Source: Promethearchaeota archaeon
GTDB taxonomy: Archaea; Asgardarchaeota; Lokiarchaeia; Sigyniarchaeales; SOKP01
Direction: 5' to 3'
DNA length: 63,578 bases
NCBI GenBank assembly: GCA_019894975.1
Contig: JAGXNO010000018.1
Location: forward strand, 1 to 63,578
Position numbers and translations under genes: made by a program. The notes under the pieces are model-generated. The model ran no database searches and was not told where the DNA came from. It saw only the letters and a program-made list of their open reading frames with translations. Shown in pieces: positions 10,846 through 19,538 of this stretch (position 1 is the stretch's first letter; each line of letters opens with the position of its first letter).

Positions 10846-11115
10846 ATGGAAACAAAAGACAAAGCTATAGACAATTTAAATTTAGAAAACGTGGAGAAAA
10901 TTGAACCTAAAGTTAAAAAGAAATCGTTAATTAAATTCATTCACGTTTTTGAGGCCAATGTAGAGAGGATGCCTACGATCCGAAAGTCAAAGAAGAAAAA
11001 ATAAACACGTAATTTAGACAGGAATTTTAATCGACTGGAAAGAAATTGGAAGGTATCCGATAGTTTTTATTATTTAAATCCAAGTAAATTATCTTTTGGA
11101 TTAAGAAATTTATAG
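10846..11115 (+). pseudogene. Short ORF (METKDKAIDN...) interrupted by an in-frame TAA at 11002-11004
   Basis: 52 codons, TAA, then 36 more sense codons in the same frame to TAG at 11115. Lies in an otherwise empty 0.9-kb gap. Confidence 0.35.
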
Positions 11116-11235
11116 TTTTTAAATTTACTCTTTTTTTTATTTTTGCTTGACATCAATATTTTTAATTAGGTATCTTTGGAATTTAGAATAGAATTAAAAA
11201 GACTATCTTTTGGATTAACAGACTTATAGTTTTTA
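11090..11235 (+). repeat. Imperfect 32-bp direct repeat (11090-11121 and 11204-11235)
   Basis: TATCTTTTGGATTAAGAAATTTATAGTTTTTA vs TATCTTTTGGATTAACAGACTTATAGTTTTTA (29/32 identical); partial copy TATCTTTGGA at 11171. Confidence 0.75.
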
Positions 11236-11554
11236 CCTTTCCATCCAACTTTCACAGAAAAATCCTATAAGTAAATATCACAGAGAAAAACTAACTAACA
11301 GACATTAGTAAAATTAAAATTATTAAACTATCAAACTTAACAAAGTCCTTTTTTAAAATTTCTCTAATACTGTAATATTAACATGGCAAACATTTAAACA
11401 TTAAATTTATCATGTTATTAGTAATAAAAAAAAATAGATATGAAAAGGGTTAAGAGAGGAATAATTCTCTTTATGTGAAAGTAATTTCATAATAGAAGAT
11501 TTTCCCCACTGATTTTCATATTTTTAGTTATTTAATTTAAATGAGGTAAATGTT

Positions 11555-12298
11555 ATGGCACCAACTGATTATTCGGCTCTTAAGGATGAGGTTTTAGGAC
11601 TTATTGCCAGCAAAAAACACGGAAACGTTGTGAAAAAGCTGTTAGGAGGATTTAAAAAGCTTGTACCCGATGAATATGATGCGATGGGTGAGATTTTCAA
11701 GGCTATAATCGAAGCAGATGTGGAGCAGTTCAATGACAAGATATATAAAGGATTTATGTTCATGGCTTCAGCGAGATATGGACCAAAACTGGTTGATTTT
11801 GAAAAGCATTTCATTAAGAACTTCTGTAAGCTTCCAGGTGAGGAATTTAAGGTAATAGCAGAAGGATGGCTCCAAGACGGCAATTCGGAAATCACTGGGA
11901 TGCTTTACATATCGAATTTTAGGATTGTTGCATCAGGAAAGAAGGAAATTAAACAAGCGAGATTAAGTGGAGGGGGTTTAGAATTTATTAGACTTGGGTC
12001 GTATGCCGTTCACAAGTCAGTGTCTGATTCCATAGCTAAATCTGTGGCAGCTGATATGGAGGCATCTAATATCCTGAATTATGGCCACATATTTCCATTT
12101 AAAGACAATTATGACATAGAAGAGAAGAAGATTAAAAAAGGCGTTATCAAGTATAAAGTAGATGTTCCTTTTACTGATAAAAAGGGGAAAGAAAAAGTCT
12201 CTGACATGGATATTACCGTGATTGTCAAGAAAGGACCTAAAATGGATAAAGATGTAGCTAAAGTAGCAGAAATACTCAAGAAAAATTCAAAAAATTAA
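11555..12298 (+). CDS. Hypothetical protein with a putative GRAM/PH-like domain
   Basis: GAGGT SD. The segment LPGEE...GMLYISNFRIV resembles the GRAM/GLUE consensus LPGE...GxLYxTNxRLxF. Helical N-terminus. Confidence 0.6.
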   Translation: MAPTDYSALKDEVLGLIASKKHGNVVKKLLGGFKKLVPDEYDAMGEIFKAIIEADVEQFNDKIYKGFMFMASARYGPKLVDFEKHFIKNFCKLPGEEFKVIAEGWLQDGNSEITGMLYISNFRIVASGKKEIKQARLSGGGLEFIRLGSYAVHKSVSDSIAKSVAADMEASNILNYGHIFPFKDNYDIEEKKIKKGVIKYKVDVPFTDKKGKEKVSDMDITVIVKKGPKMDKDVAKVAEILKKNSKN

Positions 12299-12394
12299 AT
12301 ACTAATAAATCCATTTTTTTTTTTCGCACCCTACTACTCTAATTCTAAATGCATTTATAAATTCTAAATATATTACTTTTTTGGTGCAAAAATT

Positions 12395-12961
12395 ATGGTT
12401 GGAACAAAAGTTCATGTTGCATATGAGATTAAAGATCCACCGCTAATTGTTAAGCCCAATGATGAAATTGAAGGAAAGATCATAATAACAAACGGGGAAA
12501 AAAAGGATAAAAAGTTAAAAAGCTTGTTTATTGAATTATTTGATATGTATATAGAATTAGTCTCCACTAAAAACCTTGAAACTGGTGAAGAAACTGAAGC
12601 TTGGAGAGATCAAAAGAAGGAATTAAAGCAATGGGACATTACCTCTGGTGAGAAACTAAAATCAGGTGAAGAAAAGGAATATCCTTTTAAGATTAAATTG
12701 CCGACATGGCAAAAAAAGAAGGGCAAGGGAAAAGAAGGTGATATATATAATAAATGGCACTTGGAACTACACTTCAAACAAAAAACATCAATGGTAGCAT
12801 CTAGAGGATCTGAGAAAATAGATGGAACATGCATATTACCAGTAAAAGGTGCAAAATTTACTCCTTCATTTGGGGATGTTAAATTAGCTAAGAAACAGGA
12901 GAAACAAAAAAAAGCTGAAGAAAAAGCAAAAGCATCTGGAAGCGAAAGCAGTGGAAGCTAA
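12395..12961 (+). CDS. Arrestin-N / SpoOM-like beta-sandwich protein
   Basis: PNDEIEGKIII...KSLFIEL...LKSGEEKEYPFKIKLP matches the arrestin-N pattern (GE.V.G.V...L.pG..eYPF.F.LP). Lys-rich tail. Confidence 0.7.
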   Translation: MVGTKVHVAYEIKDPPLIVKPNDEIEGKIIITNGEKKDKKLKSLFIELFDMYIELVSTKNLETGEETEAWRDQKKELKQWDITSGEKLKSGEEKEYPFKIKLPTWQKKKGKGKEGDIYNKWHLELHFKQKTSMVASRGSEKIDGTCILPVKGAKFTPSFGDVKLAKKQEKQKKAEEKAKASGSESSGS

Positions 12962-13029
12962 GAAAATTAATCTTTGCTTAGAAAATTTTTAAAAATCTCA
13001 TCGATCACTGTTTTAAGTGCGGGCGGCTT

Positions 13030-13164
13030 TTTTCAAAAAGGCATATGGCATTAATGTTTATGCAAAAAACAAGCATTGTTGCGTCTTTTGGCGCTGATAA
13101 AGATTCTGCTTACTGCGTTCTTCCTGTCGAAGGTACCAAGCGTGCTCCTTCATTGAGGCTTTAA
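13030..13164 (+). pseudogene. Remnant 3' fragment of a paralog of the upstream arrestin-like gene
   Basis: Translates FSKRHMALMFMQKTSIVASFGADKDSAYCVLPVEGTKRAPSLRL*, which aligns to YNKWHLELHFKQKTSMVASRGSEKIDGTCILPVKGAKFTPSFG. No 5' part is present (in-frame TAG at 12979). Confidence 0.8.
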
Positions 13165-13221
13165 AGAAAAAGAAGAAAGAGAAATAATATCAAAAAATAA
13201 TTCTCAATTTTTTTAAATTTT

Positions 13222-14271
13222 TCATTTTTGTGTAAATTTATGTTTTAACTGATTAAGATTGTCTTCATTAAGGTGAAGAAATTCTTTTTTGTTTACATTC
13301 CTTTTAACTAAAAGATTAAATTTATCAATTTCATCAAGGTATTTTGTTACTGTGTTATAATGCATGTGAAGTGCCTTAGATATTTGACTCTTTGTACAAC
13401 CAGTTGAACTTAGTTTCAGAAATTCAACGATCCTACTACATTTCTCTTTGGAAATTGTATAAAATATTATATCCTTTTCAGTACTTAGGAAAGTATCAAA
13501 ATATCCAATGTGCCCATTAATATTTACTTCTCGGATTAACTTAAACGTCAATAACATTGATAAATGCCATTTAGTTACAAAAGGACATACTTTAAGCTTC
13601 TTAGCTAGGGAATTTTTATAGATTCCTGGATTTTCCTTGATTAGATGATATATTTGCTTTCTATTTGTATTTAATAATACTGTTGTTCTTGTTAGTTTTG
13701 ACCCTTCAACGATAATATTCTTTTTTATCAGCGAATCAATAACAGTTGTTATTCCATTATAGTTTAAATTCCCATTTACTCTATTTCTTGATTTAATGAA
13801 TAAGGCTACCTTTTCTTTATTAAAGACTCTATTGTAATCTAAATATTCTTGGATCAAGTCAAGTATTTTGTTTTCTTCTAGTGTAACATTTACTCCTTCA
13901 ATTTCAAATAAAGTACAATCCCCAGAGATATAACCTGTTAAAATAAATCTAGAGAACAACTGGAATTCAAAATAAAGACCGGTACCTATTAGACCTAGTA
14001 TATAAAAGATTTCCTCATTATCTTGCAAAAGATCTTCGAAGAAACGACTAATTTCAATAAACTGAGAACTATCTGCTGAATCTATGGTAAGCAGTTCAAA
14101 TGAGGTATCTAAGAAATATCGATCCCCAAACCAATATTTTCCCGTATTAATTTCTTCACTATTATCTTTTTCATATTCGAACTTAATAGAACTGATATAA
14201 TAAACAAGGGAAAGAAAAGATATATTTATCAACAATAAGATTACAAGATAATTTCTTAGACGTCTTTTCAT
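13222..14271 (-). CDS. Membrane-anchored tandem winged-helix (ArsR-like) regulator
   Basis: N-terminal TM and a second hydrophobic segment, then NRKQIYHLIKENPG...KWHLSML and KSQISKALHMHYNTVTKYL HTH-like motifs. Confidence 0.75.
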   Translation of the reverse strand: MKRRLRNYLVILLLINISFLSLVYYISSIKFEYEKDNSEEINTGKYWFGDRYFLDTSFELLTIDSADSSQFIEISRFFEDLLQDNEEIFYILGLIGTGLYFEFQLFSRFILTGYISGDCTLFEIEGVNVTLEENKILDLIQEYLDYNRVFNKEKVALFIKSRNRVNGNLNYNGITTVIDSLIKKNIIVEGSKLTRTTVLLNTNRKQIYHLIKENPGIYKNSLAKKLKVCPFVTKWHLSMLLTFKLIREVNINGHIGYFDTFLSTEKDIIFYTISKEKCSRIVEFLKLSSTGCTKSQISKALHMHYNTVTKYLDEIDKFNLLVKRNVNKKEFLHLNEDNLNQLKHKFTQK

Positions 14272-14550
14272 GCTTGATAGTTCAAATTTTTTATACTATT
14301 AAAATTGGATTTTTTATGTTAATTGTTTGACTTCAAATTTAAATCTATTTACCATCATATTTTTTTGTCAAAAAATTCAATATTCATATAACTATTCAAC
14401 TTTTCCTAAATAAAAAAGCATCAATAAATAAAGTGAACTCTTTTCTCTTGATTCACATTTAAGATTGGTGAATTTAAATTAACCTTGTGCAATGAATTAA
14501 TTGCTAGTTTAAAATCTTGAATCCCTTTATAAAAATTTCAGGTTAAGTCT

Positions 14551-15084
14551 TTGCATAAACAAAATAAATCTACCAAAAAAATAAAAAAAAAAAATATTAT
14601 TGGTTCTGAGACCACCTTAGAAAAAATTAAAAGAAGCACTCCGTGGATCTTTGGAAAAAAACTCAGAAAGCCAAAAATTATGTTTCCAAAAATCCGGAAT
14701 CGGAAAATCTCCTTTCCACAACCATCAAGATCGTTGATTATTTTGGCGATATATGTAATATTATTTCTACTTCAAACAGGGATTGTATACTTGATAGTCA
14801 GAGATCCTCCTTCTATTGGTGTAGATGATTGGGGAAATCCCGTTTTTGTATGGGAAAGAAGCATCCATGAAGCATATATAAACGAAAGCATCGTAGCTTC
14901 GATTCTCATGATTTTATTTTCTTCGGGGTTTGTACTTGTTTACCGCGCATCTAGATATGTTTATAATAAGAAAATAGCAGTTTACTATTTATTTTTTGGG
15001 ACATTAATGATTTTAATAACTTTTGCGCTCCTCCAATTCATGCTTTATGTTAAAGCTCCAAGATTGGTATTAAAATCAAAATAG
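14551..15084 (+). CDS. OSTC/DC2-like (OST3/OST6 family TM domain) oligosaccharyltransferase accessory subunit homolog
   Basis: Three TM helices. FLLQTGIVYLIVRDPPSIG...YINESIVASIL...GF resembles eukaryotic OSTC as recalled (FLITGGIIYDVIVEPPSVG...YIMEGLASSFL...GF). Confidence 0.75.
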   Translation: MHKQNKSTKKIKKKNIIGSETTLEKIKRSTPWIFGKKLRKPKIMFPKIRNRKISFPQPSRSLIILAIYVILFLLQTGIVYLIVRDPPSIGVDDWGNPVFVWERSIHEAYINESIVASILMILFSSGFVLVYRASRYVYNKKIAVYYLFFGTLMILITFALLQFMLYVKAPRLVLKSK

Positions 15085-15097
15085 GTTTTAGTTTAAA

Positions 15098-15856
15098 TTA
15101 AATAATATTGATAATCTTATTCGCGATTCTATCTAGATTTACCTCTGCCATTCCTAAAGGAACAGTGCTCTCATATAAAACTACAATTAATAAAGGGTCA
15201 AGTTTCCATGGGATATCAATAATTTTGGAGACCAATTTCTGTCCATTTTCTAAACGGGAGTACATTTCTGGCAGAACCACAGCACCAACCATAAATCTAA
15301 TTTCCAATTCTTTTAATGAATTCACCAATATCTCATTGGGAAGTGAAGTATAGATTACATTTCCTTTTGTTGAGAGTAGTGCTGCGCCAATAATCTCATT
15401 TTCATGAACAAGTTCTTTAAACACATCAATTACTTTCTTATAAAAAGTTTTACTCATATAGATTTCTTCTTCACCAGTAATAATCGAGTCAACTAGTTCA
15501 TCATATTTTGGTTCTTCAATCTGTTGGTAATCTTTTACTTTACTTGTATCTGGAAATAATTCAAAAAATTCATCTGCTATTCTAGATAACCGAGAATTCA
15601 CAAATATAAGGCTAGCACTTGAATCAGATAAAATGCTAAAAATGAAATCTTCCCTAACTGCGAAAACAAACCTCAGTTCACTCATTTCAAGAATTTCAGG
15701 TGTTTTCTTCGAAATAACGTTCTCTGAAAATGAAAATATAGCCGAGAAGAAGGGTGTTATAAGGTTTACTTCAATATTTTCAAAATCATTTGTAAAATTT
15801 CGATTGTAAATACACACACCTGTTTTCTTCAGAATAAATAGTGAATGAATTTTCAT
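15098..15856 (-). CDS. Longin domain-roadblock domain fusion protein
   Basis: N-terminal half IHSLFILKKTGVCIYNR...LITPFFSAIFSFSE (longin pattern); C-terminal half EIIGAALLSTKGNVIYTSL...VPLGM (roadblock/LC7 pattern). Confidence 0.75.
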   Translation of the reverse strand: MKIHSLFILKKTGVCIYNRNFTNDFENIEVNLITPFFSAIFSFSENVISKKTPEILEMSELRFVFAVREDFIFSILSDSSASLIFVNSRLSRIADEFFELFPDTSKVKDYQQIEEPKYDELVDSIITGEEEIYMSKTFYKKVIDVFKELVHENEIIGAALLSTKGNVIYTSLPNEILVNSLKELEIRFMVGAVVLPEMYSRLENGQKLVSKIIDIPWKLDPLLIVVLYESTVPLGMAEVNLDRIANKIINII

Positions 15857-16113
15857 GAGGTTATTAGATAATACTTTTATAAGTAAAATTAAGGTAATAT
15901 AGTCATTTAAGTATTGGTAATAGAGTCTTCTATAGTATCTATATCATTATAAATAATTTGGTAGAACAAATTATTTTTAAAATACGTTTCAATATCGATA
16001 ATTTTTGTTAATAATCCAGATGTTTAAATAAAAATTCTTATTTGTTCTAATAAAGAACTATAAGAAAAATAACCCTAAACTGTTATTCTTTAAAATTAAA
16101 TATTGAGATTAAA

Positions 16114-16518
16114 ATGTCTGATAATGAATTAGGAAAAATAAGGCAGAAAAAAACAGAAATGTTGATGAGACTCCAAGCAATGCCTAAAGGAATTGTAAAC
16201 ATTGGCAATGAAGATGAACTAAATCGATTATCGAATGAATTTAATGATAAAATTATTGTTATAGATTTTTGGGCAGTTTGGTGTTCTCCATGTAAAATGT
16301 ACGCCCCAATTTTCGAAAAAGTTCAACAAGAATACTCTCATGAGGTTATTTTTGCAAAAATTAACGTTGATGAAAATCCTATGATAGCGCAACGTTTTGG
16401 TATATCCTCAATTCCATCAACCACATTTTTGAGAGGGGGACAGGTTTTACGAAAAATGGTTGGAGTGATAAACTACGCCACATTCAAGCAAATTCTTGAA
16501 AAGTTCAAAAAAGATTAA
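16114..16518 (+). CDS. trxA: Thioredoxin
   Basis: IDFWAVWCSPCK active site and SIP cis-Pro motif. Confidence 0.92.
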   Translation: MSDNELGKIRQKKTEMLMRLQAMPKGIVNIGNEDELNRLSNEFNDKIIVIDFWAVWCSPCKMYAPIFEKVQQEYSHEVIFAKINVDENPMIAQRFGISSIPSTTFLRGGQVLRKMVGVINYATFKQILEKFKKD

Positions 16519-16537
16519 TTTCTTTTAAATATATTCC

Positions 16538-16765
16538 TTACCAAGCAGAGTGTTTTAAGATAGCTTCATAAGGACAAGCACCCTCACATGCCCCACATTC
16601 TATACATTCTTTAATAGCATCAGCATCTACTTTTCCATCAATGATATCATAAACTTGTGCCGGGCATACTTCTACGCATTCACCAGATCCAGCGCAGAGA
16701 TCCAAATCAACCTCAACCCAATTTCCGTTAGAACTCCATTTTTTTATATTTCGCATAACCATCAA
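16538..16765 (-). CDS. Small ferredoxin
   Basis: CAGSGECVEVCP (one Cys replaced by Ser) and CIECGACEGACP. Exact start uncertain. Confidence 0.88.
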   Translation of the reverse strand: MMVMRNIKKWSSNGNWVEVDLDLCAGSGECVEVCPAQVYDIIDGKVDADAIKECIECGACEGACPYEAILKHSAW

Positions 16766-16853
16766 TTTCTTTTTAGAATCCTATAACGATATTTTTAAAG
16801 AGTAATTTACTTTAAAAAATAATTGTTATATACTATAATCTTTAAGAGGAATT

Positions 16854-17981
16854 ATGATGGAATTAAGTAAACTATTTAGTTCTGGAAAAATTGGGAGCGT
16901 TCAAATTAAAAATCGAATTGTTAGATCAGCTACGTTCTCACATATGGCAGAGAAATATGGTTACATTGGAGATAGAAATCTAAAACTATATGAAGAATTA
17001 GCTCAAGGGGGTACGGGCTTAATTATAACAGAAGCAACTGCCGTTGATCCAGGCGGTGCAGGTGGACCTTATCAAGTGTGTTTATATGAGGATTCCCATA
17101 TGTTAGGGCACAAAAAATTGACTAACTTGATACATAATATTGATGATACTAAAGTTGCCATACAAATTCAACATACAGGTCGCTTGGGCTCCCATCCAAA
17201 ATATCCTACGATCGGTCCTTCACCAATTCCTTATAAAGAAACAGGAATAACTCCCCAAGAATTAACAACTGAAGAAGTTAAGCAATATATTGACAAATTT
17301 GCGAGTGCAGGATTAAGAGCCTATGAGTGTGGATATGACATGGTACAATTGCATGGTGCTCACGGATATTTCCTTAATAATTTTATCTCACCATATACAA
17401 ATATTAGAACTGATGAATTCGGGGGAAATACTCATAATAGAGTTAAAATTCTCAAAGATATATATGATAAAATAAGAGATGGGGTTGGAAAAACGTTTCC
17501 AATTACGATAAAATTTCAGTCTCAAGATTTCATACCTGATGGTATATCTGAAGGTGAGGGAATTAAAATAGCTAAATTTCTTTCAGATATTGGTTTTGAT
17601 GCAATTGAACCGAGTGGAGGTACAAGAGAAGCCCTCTATTTTACGAAAAACAGCACTCCCAGTAAATTAATTAAAAAAGTCGAAGATGAAAATTACTTCC
17701 TACCATTTGCTAAGAAGATAAAAGCCTTCATGAAAGATACAGCATTAATGCTCGTTGGTGGAATTCGTAATCCATTAGTTGCTGAAAAAATTCTTCAAGA
17801 AGGAGAGGCTGATTTTATTTCGCTTTGTAGACCTTTAATCTATGAACCAGATCTTCCTAATCGCTGGAAAAGTGGCGATTTAACTCCAGCAAAGTGTATT
17901 AGTTGTAATTCTTGTTTTGTTACGATGGAAAAAGGACCTATTTATTGTGTTACTAAACAGAATATCAAGAAGAAAGAATGA
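16854..17981 (+). CDS. NADH:flavin oxidoreductase (Old Yellow Enzyme family)
   Basis: KNRIVRSA, GGTGLIITE, HGAHGY, RTDEFGG and C-terminal CISCNSC...C. Confidence 0.92.
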   Translation: MMELSKLFSSGKIGSVQIKNRIVRSATFSHMAEKYGYIGDRNLKLYEELAQGGTGLIITEATAVDPGGAGGPYQVCLYEDSHMLGHKKLTNLIHNIDDTKVAIQIQHTGRLGSHPKYPTIGPSPIPYKETGITPQELTTEEVKQYIDKFASAGLRAYECGYDMVQLHGAHGYFLNNFISPYTNIRTDEFGGNTHNRVKILKDIYDKIRDGVGKTFPITIKFQSQDFIPDGISEGEGIKIAKFLSDIGFDAIEPSGGTREALYFTKNSTPSKLIKKVEDENYFLPFAKKIKAFMKDTALMLVGGIRNPLVAEKILQEGEADFISLCRPLIYEPDLPNRWKSGDLTPAKCISCNSCFVTMEKGPIYCVTKQNIKKKE

Positions 17982-18027
17982 AAAAGAGATAATATAAATA
18001 AATATTATTAATATTTTTAAATGGTGA

Positions 18028-18945
18028 TTGCCCGTGGAAAAAAGTGCCTACTCAGACCATCTCTTTCAATTTCGATCAGTAGAGCGGAAGAAACTGATCA
18101 TATCTCTTACAATTACACTCACAGTTATGGTTGTAGAAATCATTGGGGGTTTTATAACAAATAGTATAGCACTCCTAAGTGATGCAGGACATATGTTTAC
18201 ACATGCTTTCGCAATTGGAATAAGTCTGTTAGCAAATTTTATTGTAAGAAAACCCCCTTGTCATCATAAGACGTTCGGTTTATATCGTGCAGAAGTCCTT
18301 GCCGCCTTTATTAACGGTCTGTTTCTTCTCCCAATAGTAGGAATTATAGTATTTGAATCAGTCGTCAGGTTTTTAAATCCTCAAGATGTAGGCGGATTAT
18401 ATATGCTGATTGTAGCGTTCATCGGGTTATCGGTTAACATAACTAGTATTTTAATCCTTCAAGGTAGCCAAAATACTAGTTTAAATGTAAAAAGTGTCTT
18501 CTACCATATGATTGCTGATGCTGCATCTTCGATAGGAATTGTAATTGCTGCTTTTATCATAATATCTACTGGAATTGTGATTCTTGATCCTATCGTAAGT
18601 TTAGGTATATCCTTGGTTATTATATATTGGGCTTATGGAATATTAAAAGATTCTACACGTATTTTACTTGAAATGGCACCAAAAGGAATGAACATAGACA
18701 CTATTACGGAGGATTTGAAAGCAAAGTTTCCAGAAATCAATCAAATTTATGATGTACATCTATGGACAATCATTCCGGACATGCTTATCTATTCAGCGCA
18801 TATAAAATTGAATAATGAATTAGTTAAAATAGAACAGGAAGAGTTTACGGTAAAAATCAATGAATATTTAAATGCTAAATACAATATTGTAGAATCTATC
18901 ATACAAATAATGCCCGAAGATTCCATTGAAGCATGCAATATTTAA
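18028..18945 (+). CDS. Cation diffusion facilitator transporter (CzcD/ZitB-like)
   Basis: SIALLSDAGHM, TFGLYRAEVLAA, HMIAD and DVHLW; six TM helices. Confidence 0.92.
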   Translation: MPVEKSAYSDHLFQFRSVERKKLIISLTITLTVMVVEIIGGFITNSIALLSDAGHMFTHAFAIGISLLANFIVRKPPCHHKTFGLYRAEVLAAFINGLFLLPIVGIIVFESVVRFLNPQDVGGLYMLIVAFIGLSVNITSILILQGSQNTSLNVKSVFYHMIADAASSIGIVIAAFIIISTGIVILDPIVSLGISLVIIYWAYGILKDSTRILLEMAPKGMNIDTITEDLKAKFPEINQIYDVHLWTIIPDMLIYSAHIKLNNELVKIEQEEFTVKINEYLNAKYNIVESIIQIMPEDSIEACNI

Positions 18946-19033
18946 AATTGTCGTTATTAAAATTATAAAATAAACATTTAAATAAATGCTCAACAAGAAA
19001 TATTATTAATAAAAAAATCTATTTAGAGAAGGA

Positions 19034-19477
19034 TTGAAGATGTCATCAGAAAATAAGATTGATCCATTTGCGGTATTGATATTAGTATTAAGTATTATTG
19101 GGATAATTCTAATCGCACCTTTCGACTTTGCTGCTTTTTACCATACTGGAGTTGGTGAGAATAGGTGGTCTTGTTTAACTTGTGAATACGCCACTACTGG
19201 GGATTTAATCGCACAGATTTTTATGATAATTTTATTTATTATACAAGCAATCGTGGCTTTAAACGATCTAGTCCCTAATAGATTTATCAACATGGATTTG
19301 GCTAAATATGGCATGGGTTTAGCTGCCTTGACAATGCTCTTTGCGATTATTGGGATTGCTTCCTTTGGGGCAGCATACAGCGAATATGAATGGTGGCCTG
19401 AGATTGGATTCTATGGTGGTATCGTAGGAGGCTTGCTGAATACAGTATTATTCTATTTAAAATTCAGAAATCAATAA
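19034..19477 (+). CDS. Four-TM membrane protein with a CxxC loop (claudin/PMP22-like topology)
   Basis: TM1, loop with WSCLTC, TM2, TM3, short loop, TM4 starting GFYGGIVGG. Likely start is ATG at 19040. Confidence 0.7.
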   Translation: MKMSSENKIDPFAVLILVLSIIGIILIAPFDFAAFYHTGVGENRWSCLTCEYATTGDLIAQIFMIILFIIQAIVALNDLVPNRFINMDLAKYGMGLAALTMLFAIIGIASFGAAYSEYEWWPEIGFYGGIVGGLLNTVLFYLKFRNQ

Positions 19478-19538
19478 ATATTCAATTTTCTTCTTTTTTT
19501 TATTTTCATCTTCAAAGAAATAAGGATTTAAAAATAGG

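Noticed and set aside
11090-11235. 32-bp repeat as a possible mini-CRISPR
   Set aside because: Only two imperfect copies, an 82-bp gap, and no cas genes in the window.
14551-16518. OSTC-like gene plus nearby thioredoxin as a split Ost3/Ost6
   Set aside because: The thioredoxin has no signal peptide, looks like ordinary cytosolic TrxA, and is separated by an oppositely oriented gene.
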